Source: Podarcis pityusensis (lineage: Eukaryota). Taken from it: a stretch of DNA of 64,000 nt. The notes beneath the pieces are model-generated. The model made no database searches, was not told the origin of the DNA, and saw nothing but the letters and a program-made list of their open reading frames with translations. Positions 50,541 through 62,427 of the stretch are shown one piece after another; position 1 is the first letter of the stretch; each line of letters starts with the position of its first letter. Made by a program: the position numbers and the translations under genes. The stretch is taken from NCBI GenBank assembly GCA_964106645.2, contig OZ067047.1; one strand, written 5' to 3'.

Positions 50541-50694
50541 TCGTAGAATCTCACAATTGCAGAGTTGGCAGGGACCCTGAGGGTCATCTGGTCCAACGCC
50601 CTGCAATGCAGGAATCCTGCTCACAGCCTTCCCAGGGTGGGCTCGAACCACCAGCCGTCTAGTTAGCAGTCAGATGCACAATTGGGCCATGTCA
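50541..50694 (-). mobile_element. SINE with tRNA-Asn-like head and CR1-derived tail
   Basis: Minus strand ...gactgctaactagacggcTGGTGGTTCGAGCCCACCCtggga, then a CR1 3' end. Confidence 0.75.
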
Positions 50695-53395
50695 CATGAA
50701 GTCTAGGTTTTTTGCAAAACACCCCAGTGACACGGGGCGGCGGGAATGGTTTCCATTGTGGTTTCCTGTAGGGAAAAAAAACAGGAATGAAAGTGGAAGA
50801 GATGTGCAGAAGTGCAGAGAATTTATTTCTCATCACTTTTTGAATATTAAACCCCTTCTCAAGGGTTGATTTTTTTACTCTTTTTTTCCACCAGGATAAA
50901 CCTCTGCAACAACTTAAAATAACCTTTACTGAGAAAGAAGTTTAATACTCAAAATTTGTTTGGCAACAAATTGTCTTTTGTACACATTTTGAATTTTTTC
51001 CTTTTTTATTCTGGGATTCACTGGAGGCCTGATCCAAAGTGTCACGTGCTGAGTTCTGTGCATGCACAGGGGACTCTCTTGTAAGCTGAGTGCCTTCTTT
51101 TTCCTCCAACACAATAATACTGGAGAAACCATTTCTGAAACATGGAGGTAAAAAACCCTGAGTCATCTCCTCCTCCTCTCTCCATTGGTGACATTTAAGA
51201 ATTTCAGTCCATGAAAGGTTATGCCATAAAAATGTGTTAGTATTTAAGGTGCCGCAAGACTATGTTTTTGCCGCAGTGTTCTAATTTGACTATCCTTCTG
51301 GCATTTAAAAATGTGTAGTGCCACATTCTTGTGGCAGCCAATGAAATGGAGGGGGACAAGGAAGTGCAATATTATATGTTGCATGTTTTTAATTTCTAAG
51401 CATTGCAGGGGATCCAGGAAGAGGAGAAAGAGAGACATGCGATTGCTGCTCTTGCCAGTGGTCAGCGTCTGCTGTGAAAAGTAGTTGTAGCTTGAATGTA
51501 GTTTCAGGTGGTGGTGCTGTAATGAAAAACAGAGGGACCTCTGGGGTACATGTACAAGACTTTAGCTAAAGGAGCTCTCTGGATCATGGCCTCTTTTCAA
51601 ACTTCATAATTTAACCTGGGGTAGCTAACCTTTGAGATGTTGTTGAACTACAGCTCTCATTAGCCCTGACTGTTGGCCATGCTGTTTGGGACTGATTGAG
51701 GGCCATAGGCTAGCCACGTCCAGTTTAGCCCCTAAACTTAGTTGTGCCATGCATTTTATTGATAAGTAAATCCAAGCTATTGATTAGATTTTTCTTCCCA
51801 AAGATAATCTAGCATTTATATACTTTATTCTCCCTCAAGGATTGTTCCCAACCCTCAAAGCAGTGACAGCTGCCCCCTCAACACACTTTGTTACACTTTA
51901 TAAGGACTATATTTTCTTTTTAAATTCTATGCTTCTTTAAATACTGTTACCTGTTATTGTAGGGGAAGTTGTACAGATTATCACACTTAATCTGCACTGC
52001 CAAACTACAATTTGAGTGCTAGAGTTCCTACAAATGGAAGGGTGGCCAGAAGAGTACACAAATGTTACACATGCCCTGTCATTTCTGAAATTAAAAAAGA
52101 GTTTGAACAAGCCCTCAGATGGTATTCACAGGCTCTTTCTCTTTCCTTGTGTAAAGTTCATCCTCAAAGATCACCACAACATGATATAGTTCCTATTCTT
52201 TTCTCTTTTTTTGTCTTTCTTCCCCCCACCCCCATATATAGTGACTTTTTTATGAATAACACCCCCCGCTCTGCAGTAATATTACAACTTTAACACAGGC
52301 CAGCACAAATTGTGTCCCATCAAGCTCACTGGTCATGTATTATGACATTGCAGGTACTTGATAGCCTTCCTGTTTTTGCAGTCTGGGGCAAAACAAAACA
52401 TCAGATGTTGCTTGAAACCCTGGTGGGCTACATTTGACATGGTGGGTTACCAGTCATGCAGGACTGATTCAACACATCTTTGGTACTACAGCTGTTTTCC
52501 AAGGTGTCTTAAATTCTGGTCCTTACTCCTTGGGAGTTGGTGACAGAAGGATGTATTGCCAAGTCTCCTTAAGGTGACTTTTGTATATCACTAATGTTTT
52601 TGAACTATAGCTGCGTCACTTCCATAAAAATCAAGCAAGCTACCCGTGTTCTTCAGACTGGCAGTTTGCAGGTTAAGGAGATCAACAGTGTTTTGTGGTT
52701 TCAACCCTCATAGTTTAGAAATAGGTAAGTGGTAGCCCAGGAGGTTATAGGCCCCCAGGAATTTCCTAACCTGGGCCTATCATAGTCCCAAATCTCAAAG
52801 GATCCCCCTTTCCTTATTTTGCACCTTTCCTCCATGCAAATGAGACATAGACCCTTTCTTCCCCATTGTGAGCAGCAAAATGCTCTGCCAGTTTTCTCCC
52901 TCCATACTTCAGTAGCCTAATACAGAGGTCAGTTTGGAGAGTTAAGTGCCTGAGGTCCTCGGCCACCAAACTATTTCTTGTTTTAACATGTTGTGGGAGA
53001 TAACAGAAAGATTTAAGCCCTTTCTCCATGCCTCCACTCACCTAGAGTCAATCAGTAGGTGGAGCAAATGCTGTTGGCTCTCCAGCCCTTGCTCAAAGCA
53101 AAATGACACATCCCTGCTAGAAAGAGTTGCTGGCTCCTCTCTGGAGACCAGTGCTCTGCCTATGTGGGGTTTCTTTCCAAGTGTGCCGCTAGGGGGCATT
53201 GTGTGCCCACAGACAGAGCTGTAAAAGGGTTAATGCAAAGTTACACCTAACAGGTCCTGCTCCTAGCTGATGCAGCTCCCACACTTCCTTCTCCCTCTCC
53301 CCTCCCCCCTTCCCTTCCTAATTCTCTCTTGAAGGCAGCAGTCTTGTCATTTTTGCTAACAGTGGCTTTAAAAAGTAGTCATCGGAGTCATTTAA

Positions 53396-53740
53396 AGGGA
53401 CACTGTCGTTTTTCACGTTAACTAACCTCACTTTCTGTCATAAAGAACTAGCATAAGTAAATTAATAAATCTTATTTGCTTCTCACGATTATATCCTTTT
53501 GTTCCCTACATTTCCTGTTTGGATAAATGTCTGCAATATTAGCTATAGTTACTTCTTCCTTACACTTTTGGGGTTTTAAAAGCATTTTTATTTTTTTATT
53601 TTTGCTAGTTTCAACTCCAGCCCAGATAGCGGTAATAATTCACAATTCCAAATGGAAGATCATTATTATTTTAATCTGTCTTGATTTCTTTCCTTTTTTT
53701 TAATCCCCAGCAGAAAACTTCACTACTTGGCAGTATCCCT
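53396..53740. mobile_element. Kolobok/T2-type MITE-like element
   Basis: TTAA-AGGGACACTGTC ... GGCAGTATCCCT-TTAA; 10 of 12 TIR match with TTAA on both sides; AT-rich interior. Confidence 0.6.
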
Positions 53741-55815
53741 TTAAATAAAATGCAGTGTTATGTGCAGAAAAAGACACACGTGGCTTTGTAGTGTTAGTTC
53801 TTTTTATACTCCTCTGTGACTGGTGTTTGTTCAGTACTTCCTCACAGGGCTGCCAGAGTGCTCAAGAGTCACTGTAGCATAGGGGCTAAGAGGCTGAACT
53901 GCGAGCTAGGGAATCCCTGGTTCAAACCTCACCTCTGCTGTTCTCACTGAGCCACCTTGGGGAAGTATGGGCTTAATAATGGCTGCCTTAAATGGTTGCA
54001 TATAATGTGTTTCTATGCCTGTTGTAATAGATATAATAGGATGATTGGTTTGAATAGCCAAGGCACTTCACAAAGCACCGTATAAATGCTAAAATTTATA
54101 TATACTTCTAAAGGCAGTGACAGAAAGTCCTCTCCTTCCTCTTGCCAGTAAATGTAACCAGTGGGTCTCAACCTGAATTGACTTCTGCATTCACAATGGG
54201 TTCTGCTCAAGATAAAGGAGGAAACATGTTCCAACCACGTTCTTGCCATTCCCTGGGCATATGTTCCTTTGTGAACCGGCTACTAAATGCTCTTGCTTTG
54301 ATACGAGAGAGATTCAGCGTGCAGGTGTATTCTTACGACCCCTACAGAAACAGTTGCTATGTATGTCAGAGATATATGCCACACCCGTGAATGCCTGCGC
54401 ATGTTCTTGTATGGCATATGCATGGCCTAAGAAATGTTCAGCAGTCATGGCTTGATTACCTGGTGAGTACAGGAGAAGGATGTTGTGCTGAGAAGGGGCT
54501 CAGTTCAGGCATTTCCTTCTCATCACTTTAGGTGTTCAGCGCCATCAGCAATTTCGGGTGCTGGCATGAAGGTGTCTCCCATTATTCTTGGTTTGGACTC
54601 CAATATCCATCATTGGAAGCGAAATTCCAGTGGTTTACATTCAGGGCTATCGGTGCTAAGCTCCAAACCCTTTGGTCAGACTCATACTCCAGCTGGGTCA
54701 GTGGGTTAGATGGAGGCAGATTGCACAATAAAGCCCAGCCATGGTATCACCAGACCTTAGCAAGGGGAGTCCGGAAAGCTGTGCCAGGATCAAACCAAGG
54801 TCAGAAGGGATCCGTCTAGTCCAAAAGTAATCCAGGGCAGCATTGGTAAGCTTGGGTTCAGCAACTGATGAACTCTAAGAAGGAAGCAGGGGGAGGCAAA
54901 GGAGTCAGGTTCAGAAGTAAGGAGCTGGATGGTGGATTGTCTTCAACAAGCAGCAGACTCCAAATGAAGCCTGATATAGCCTAGACTCCCAAACCATGCC
55001 ATCACCAGCTTCTGGTGCCGTAAGAGCCTTTGCTCTTGAGTTTTGTTAGCTACAATGAGCCTTTGACTCAATAATTACACAGCAACACTGCACTTCCAAG
55101 TGTGCATGCGCTCACTGACTAACTGCCTGGGCTGGATCTTCTGGCCCCAATGTCTTGGAAGCCTGAGGGGTTGATTCAGCCTCCCCCTTTGACTTTGCCT
55201 GGGCTTCTCTGCCAGGGGTGGCTCAGGAACACACTGCAAGGTCCTTTCAGAGCATCCCCTAGTAGTAAGCCTAGGCAGAGGCCTTCTGGTATACCAGGGA
55301 CTTCAGAACTGTCATTATGGAGGTGGGGGAAAATATTTCCGATCAGGAGGTCTTGATGATATTGGGTTGAATGCATGTTGTTTTTATCCTTAGCTTGTAC
55401 AGCAAATTAATTTTTAATTTTATTGTGTAATAGTAAAATGTATCCAGTAGCCAGAATCTTTTTGGATGTCTCTAAGTGATATTGGAATAATTATTTTTAA
55501 GCACTAGCAAACCAGGGCAAAAGAAGGCAGTGGTGTAGCCAACAGTATCAAGGAGTGTAGAGGCAGTACTGGTCTCTTGGCATGTAAGGAGTCAGTTCCA
55601 AGGACTCTGTAGCAGGTGGAAAACATGGTTATCAGCATTTGATGCCAATGCCAGGCTTATGGCTGAGTAATCCTGCACTGGAAGAAAGGGGAGGTATAAT
55701 TGATTATAAAACAGAGTTGATCAGAGATGGTGATCAGAACAGAGTTGATGCAGAGAGTCAAACACGGCTCAAATAGAAATTTATACTTCCCCACTTCTCT
55801 CTGGATTCACCTTAC

Positions 55816-55838
55816 CCAGATGGGCGGGGTACAAATAA

Positions 55839-55873
<35 letters not shown>
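55816..55873 (+). mobile_element. L2 terminal stub with (TAT)n microsatellite tail
   Basis: ccagatgggcggggtacaaataaat then about 11 TAT repeats; explains the poly-Y and poly-N ORFs. Confidence 0.75.
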
Positions 55874-55876
<3 letters not shown>

Positions 55877-56266
55877 ATGGTTCAGCAGTCACCCTTGCTT
55901 CAGTTCCCTGACTTGACTTTTTTGCCTGGTGATGCATAATGCAGGACACCCTTCTCCAGCTCTTGAGTGAATTCTTGAGTTTTGGAACATCTGATGCCAA
56001 GCTTAAGTGATCATATGATGCTATTATGCATGCTGATTTGAATACATCACACTTATTGGCTGATTATCAATATCCAGTGAAAAGGGGGGAAGGGGTGCTT
56101 CATATTTATTATATATCGCATACGGTATCATATGCAGAAGACTAACTGCAGCCAAATGTATGGAATTTGGGTTTGTATCCAGTGTTAGCATCCAGTGCAC
56201 ATATGTGTGCATGCATTTGTACAGTGGGTTTATCTGTTTTAAAGTTATTTTAGTGCTGCAATAATC

Positions 56267-56355
56267 TAGGGTTACCATATTTCAAAAACCAGGAGCTGGT
56301 TACAAAAATGCCAAAACAACGTGGTGTCCATGAAATCCAGACATACGGAACCCTA
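56267..56355. mobile_element. Minimal hAT MITE, 89 bp (TAGGGTT TIR type)
   Basis: TAGGGTTACCATAT ... ATACGGAACCCTA; perfect 8-bp TSD CAATAATC. Confidence 0.85.
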
Positions 56356-56484
56356 CAATAATCCACTGTAAGCTGTAGATGTACCTGTACCTAGTGCTTA
56401 AACAAAAGGGAGACATTTATAGTAATAAAGTAACATCTTTGGGTCTCATGCGTCTTACTGTCAACTTTTTTTGCTATAGTAATA

Positions 56485-56692
56485 CAGTTGTACCTTGGAC
56501 CCCAAACACCCTGGAACTCAGATGTTTTGGCTTCCGAATGCCACAAACCTGGAAGTGATTGTTTCGAATGCCACAAACCTGGAAGTGATTGTTTCGAATT
56601 GGCTTCCTGCAGCCAATCAGAATCTGCACTTTGGTTTTGGAAGTTGAACAGACTTCTAGAATGGATTCCATTCAACTTCCAAGATACAACTG
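56485..56692. mobile_element. Tc1/mariner MITE, same family as 48580-48830 in opposite orientation, with an internal 30-bp tandem duplication
   Basis: TA-CAGTTGTACCTTGGA ... TCCAAGATACAACTG-TA; CGAATGCCACAAACCTGGAAGTGATTGTTT twice at 56535-56594. Confidence 0.88.
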
Positions 56693-59600
56693 TAGTTCAG
56701 TTAATGCAAGATGACTGTGCATTGCATCAGAACTTAGGCACCTGTACTTCCAAGCAAACATGCATAGAACTGGATTCCAAGATTCATTTAGCTTGGGCAT
56801 GTTTGGGAAACATACACTAAATAATGATCTTTTGCTGGATGTATTCTTTGTGTTGGAACTCTGCAAGTATCTGAGCTACATAAGATCTATTTCAGTTCAT
56901 GTCCTAAGCAAAACAAAAAGGATGGTGTGATCATGTTCAAGTTTGATGCCTTGCTGCATGGTACTTGAAGGCATTTCTTGACCAAACCCAAAGTGAGTTG
57001 AGTTGCCGCTTGATCCTAGTTGGCCTAGCAAAAAGTTGATCAGGATCAGTCTAGTTTTTCAATAAGATATGTATTTCATAAATTGCTGCAGGCTTTTAAA
57101 TAGTCTCTCACTAGTCAGTTACCAGTGGTGAATCATCATCTGTTGGCAATGGGAGCTTTTATAAATTGTTAGACATTTTGTTCTGAGTGTACTTTCAGGC
57201 GGTCTGTGTGCTACACATAACTTGCTAATATAGGCATTTGCTGACGAGCAATAGAAATGTTTGCTGTCTAGTAGCCTTTGTGATCTTTTTTTGCTTTAAG
57301 TTCAGTGATGCGGAGAAAGGATTTATCCATTTATATTACTGAATTATCTGTATACATAATGGACTATTCAACACATCTTTACTAATCAGATGCTATGAAT
57401 ATTCTCTGAGGATTATCCATGGAGTTGGATAAGACATTCTATTGATGGTCCAGCTTCTGCTGCAGGTACTGTTGGGAAAAACATTGTAGCTATTGGATAT
57501 AGGTTTATTGACAACAGTAGCAAGAGGCCTGCCTACCGATGTGGTGGAATAAGCCCAAGAACCTCTACCCTCCATAGTTGATATTTCAGTCTGCCTTATC
57601 TCTTGAAACCCGTCTCTGCTTACTCCAGTATCAGACTCTGGGAGCAAGGGTATCCTGTGGTTCCAACTGACTTAGTTACACCCATAGATGGAGGGGATTG
57701 TCGGGGGGCTCCATGGAGACACTTAAGATATTATGTCAAACCATGCTTCGTACTAGCAGTGGTTTTGCCTCCAAGCTCAATTTACTCTTATCTCACCTGG
57801 AAAGCTTCAGGTGAGATCCCATGCAATGGCCTTCAAAATTGGGAGCTGGTCTGTGCTTGCATAGAGGTACTGTTATGTGAACTGGCATGTGCATGTGGGG
57901 CAGGAATGGGAAACCTGTGGCCTTCCAGATCTTGTGGGATTACAGATCCCATCAGCCCTAGCTAGCATGTGTAGTGGTCAGGAGTGATAGGAATTGCAGC
58001 CCAACGTCATCTGGAGGGCCACAGGTTCCCACCACTCATTCAGAATCTGTATCGCTGAGTGTGGCAGCTAGAACTAGGCTGCTGCAACCATGGAAGTGGT
58101 AGTAACTCCATATATAGCCTTGATACACACTGAATCTGCATAGAAGCCTGGTCTAGTTGCAGCCCAGTACACCATGGAATCCACCCAGTTCAAAGCAAAA
58201 CATAAAGGTCATCTTAACCTTAATCATGACTGAGGAAGAACTTCGGCAAATGCAAGAATATTCAGAGAGTATTTCCTTTGGTGTACAGCTTGACTGTGCA
58301 TTTTAGAACTATTTAATCCAATCAACCCACTTGTATTCTTGTATTTTTTACACATACTAAGAATGGAATATCTAAGACTAGGCCTTGAAGGAGACCTGTG
58401 AAGTAAAAACAAAGCACCATTGCATTGCCACTTTAAAGAAAAACCTGTGTGCATTGTTACACTACATGGATTTTCATGGATCTCTTTCCCAAGTGACAAA
58501 AATACTTTTAAGGCATTCAATTTGTTGGTTGTTTGGTTTTGTTGGAGGGGGGGGGAGAGAAAAAAGTTGTCTGGGAATACTATGGAATGTCTTCAAACAA
58601 GATGAGTCTTCACATACAGATGGGCACCATGTAACATGTATATGTGATGTACTTTTAACCCTTTTCACACTGAGTATACATGTTTCTTCCTGTTGAGAGA
58701 TTCACATTGCTCATTCACACACTATTTGCAAACTGATGTGCCTCCTCCCTTTTAACTTTGGTCTGTCCTGTGTGTTACTGCTCTAGTTCTGTGATGGTCC
58801 CTTCTAAAAGCTGTTCCCTTCCCAGACCTTATCTTCGTAAATGAGAACTGAGGCTTTCCCTCTCCATTATATGTGCATGTAGATCTGATTCCAGTGGGTT
58901 ATAAATGTCCTCTTTTTTATAAATTCAGTCACTCCTTATTACACAGTGGCATTTTTCTTTTACTTCCATTCTACTCACAGACTAGTCAATGGGCCACAGG
59001 TCTTTCTGTAATATATAGATCACTGGGGGTTAACAAAGCACCATGAACTGCACTACTCAAGCCCCAGTGATCAGCTGGTTGCTGGGACTTCTGTACACAG
59101 CAGCACCCAGTTCCTCATCCCTATTCTATAAGATTATTCATCTCTTTATGTATAATCTACCGCAATAATTCCCAAACCGAGGAATTCATTGGATAATTGA
59201 TGGTTCCCATAAGTGCCAACCCATAGGAAGAGGCTAGTCTCTGCATCAGAGTGTGTAAATTTGAGAAGTATTCCTGCCATTTTATTAATTTTTAAAACAA
59301 ACTACCTCTTTTATCAGAAATTTGGGAAATGTTAATTTACTTTGTTATATCTAATTAATTGCCACATACTCAAACTTCTCCCCCCCCCCATCAAACAAAC
59401 AAACAAAACAAACATACCAGTGGGGCATAGTCCTCAACTTTCTGTCTACCCTTGATATTGGCAGGGCCAGAAATACAAACTATGCATGAATATGTGTAAA
59501 ATACTGGTCAAGGCTTTGGTTAGACCCAGGATAGGGGAACATTTGGCCTTCCAGAAGTTGCTGGACTACAGCTCTCATCACCCTGACTGTTGGCCATGTT

Positions 59601-60284
59601 GACTGGGGTGAATGAGAATCCAAAAACCTTTGGGTCAGGGGGACAACAGTTTCTGTATCCCTGGTTTAGTCTAGGTTTGTTTGCCCATCATAGGCAGTCA
59701 TTCCTGTTTTGCGCCATGATCTGCCTTTGTTTACTAAACACATAATACTTGCCACTGTCAACCTACTTCCTTGGACAATGTCACAAAAAAACCACATGGA
59801 ATGTGCCAAGCTAATTTTCAAGATGGCCTTTTAAAACCTATTTGCTCTCCTGGTCTTTTAGAAACTTAATGTTGTCCACCCTCCTCTTAGTGCTTTTATC
59901 TCTTAACTGCACCATGTGACCTGGAGGGTGAAAAGTCACCAAGCACAAGAAATGTCAAATGTTGGCATTTCCCCATTATCCCAGTAACTTTTGTGGCCCA
60001 CACTGTTTCCCCTCCCAGTGCCACAGTCTGCTCTTCTCCATTATTCGTGTTGACAAAGGATGTTCCATCTGTAGACTGTTCCCCTTGTTTCTGCTTCTCC
60101 ATTTCTTGTATTATTATTTTCTTTTCTACTTCTTCTTGTTGTTTCCTTTCTTTCTCACTCTTGTGCTTTTTTGTCCTTTTGCTTGTCTGTTTATTTTCAC
60201 CCTGTTTCTCCTCCTCTCTTCCTCTCCACTTCCAACTTCCTCTTCCCTTCCTTTCTTCCTCTCCCATCTTTGGTTCTATTGAAG

Positions 60285-60350
60285 TTGAGCCCAATGCCGG
60301 GACACCACGCCGTAGACCTCTCTCCTTCTGCCCTTGCTGTGCCCATGAAG
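60285..60350 (+). CDS. MICAL3: MICAL3 66-nt cassette exon VEPNAGTPRRRPLSFCPCCAHE, phase 1 to 1
   Basis: About 208 nt AG-free pyrimidine tract ending ttgaag, strong donor AAG|gtaatg; within ORF 59993..60427. Confidence 0.87.
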
Positions 60351-62194
60351 GTAATGTAATTTCTTGCATTCCCTCCATTCCGTTCCCAAACCGCCATTGG
60401 ATTGGTGTAGAGACACTAGTGAGCTAGCAACAATATCAAGTGGCTCACCGCCAAACTTTTCTTTCCTTCAATCTCAAAGAAACCCTCTATAACAACCTTG
60501 TTATGAAGTGTGTCTGGCAGGATCGTAAAGGTACAGTATCCTTTTTTCAGCTGTGCATTGTGGGGATAAGGATAGTCTTGAAGTTTATTGGCGCAATTGA
60601 TCAGAAATGACTGAGGTGGCATCAGTTTCATGCCTTAAGGGTTCTGTTTGGCATGTTGGATGAACTTGCAGGGGAGTGCGGGGTGAGTCTACTTCCTTTT
60701 TAAAAAAAATACACATGGGTTAAAGGCATACTGTCTTTTGTAATGACTGGTTTCCCCAACAACCCTTGACTTTGAAAAGGCACCCTCCTGATCTGCCATA
60801 ATCCAGACTGGTCTCCTGCAGTCCGTATCTTGCTAAGCATCTTCTTTATCCCAAGTGGAACCAGATTCCCACTGAAGTGTTTCCATTTCCTAAGGCATGG
60901 GGGAAAAGGGGTGGAATGTGACCGCCATGTATAACTTCGGCTAACCACTCTCTCTGCTTTTCATGGTGTGCTTTCATCAAGTGTTCATCTTTCCTCCCCA
61001 CCCCTGCCTCTCCCTCTGCTCATTGGCTGTCTAAAAATAATAATAATAAAATATATCTACATCCCACAAATGAACAAAAGTTTCCATAGGTCAGTGTTGA
61101 GATGTATTTGGCTGTTTTGTGCAGAAGTTTCTTTTCTGATTATCCTCACAGTGGAAAGGGTGGGGAGATTCCCCAGTGCTTCTCATGGCTCCAATGCACT
61201 GGGCATCTGCATGTGTAAGCTTCTTCTCTCTTTCCACCATGGCTATGAGGGCACCTTGTGCAGAGATGCTCAGAGAGGCTTAATTGGGACCAAGCAATGG
61301 ATAGGTATAGCTATCCACAGCCATGATTGGCTAGGGTGAGATTTTCGTACTGTGTATGTTTGCTTCTTGTGTTCTGGAGCTGTGTTGGTGGTTTTGGAAG
61401 AGGAGGAGAATTCTCGTTACCTGAGAATAAGTGGTAGGAACAGGGCCACCAAGAACCTCTGGACCACTTTGTTTTCTTGACCGTGATGGGAAATAATGTC
61501 TTGCTGCATAACGACATCCTCAGTTACAAATGACGCATTAGTCAGTACCATCCAGTACTGATAAGCACTACCAGGAACAGATAATAATGCTTTGGTAGCT
61601 GGATCTGACTTGGTAGCTGACCATCCCCATTCTAGAGTGTCTCCCTTGGGCTTCCATAACCCCATGAGTCTGCATTTTTGAATAATTAGAATAGTGTCTA
61701 ATACAAATATTTTGCCATTTGCACATAAGTAGGCACAAATTTTGCATCATATTTTCCTTAGAATAGATGTTCCAATTAGTTTTATATGAGATGAGAACTC
61801 ATCTATGGTATGGATGAGAAACAGGAGTTAACCCTGTCTGCAACTTGACTGTGTTCTTTCCATATACTAGTTTCCTAAACTATTGACACCTCTGATAGGA
61901 TGGTGAAATCTGATAGGGACAGGAAACAGCTGGAATCCCTCTGGGCCTACAGTGGTTAGGCCAAGACCCTGATCATCTGGAGCACATAACCAGGGCTTCA
62001 CTTGCTTCCAAACTGATTTTTAGGATCTGAATCCAAACAGCTACCCATAAAGAGCTGCATATTTCATTACTAGATATGGGTTGTGGATGTAGCTCTCTAA
62101 AATAACATAAAATGGCTATGCTGTTTATTTCATCTCAGGCTTTGCTACTGGGTCTACTAGCTTGGTTTTCATTGATTAAGCTTTTATTGAAATA

Positions 62195-62427
62195 CAGTCA
62201 TACCTCGGGTTGTGAGCGCTGCGGGTTGCGTGTTTTCGGGTTGCGGACCGCGCCAAACCCGGAAGTACCGGAGCGGGTTACTTCCAGGTTTCAGTGCATG
62301 CACAGAAGCGCAAAATGATCCCATGCGCAGAAGCGCTGAATTGCTTTACATGCGTGCGCAGATGCGGCATTGTGGGTTGCAAACGTGCCTCCCGCACAGA
62401 TCACATTCACAACCCGAGGTATGACTA
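62195..62427. mobile_element. Tc1/mariner (Tigger-like) MITE, CpG-rich, 233 bp
   Basis: TIR CAGTCATACCTCGGGTTGTGA matching 20 of 21; TA on both sides. Confidence 0.88.

Noticed and set aside
50625-50694. Functional tRNA-Asn gene
   Set aside because: D arm and anticodon arm are degenerate and it is fused to a CR1 tail, so it is a SINE head.
54680-55240. Possible degenerate solo LTR (also about 19390-19740)
   Set aside because: Could not define TG...CA ends or a TSD by eye.
56535-56599. 30-bp direct repeats superficially like a CRISPR array
   Set aside because: No spacers, eukaryotic context, inside a MITE.
59896-60427. 160-aa Lys/Glu-rich minus ORF and Phe/Leu-rich plus ORFs
   Set aside because: Artefacts of the long pyrimidine tract; only 60285-60350 is exonic.
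61021-61040. CCAAT box plus MEF2-like CTAAAAATAA (similar sites at 16237 and 21886)
   Set aside because: Short AT-rich motifs expected by chance; no independent support.
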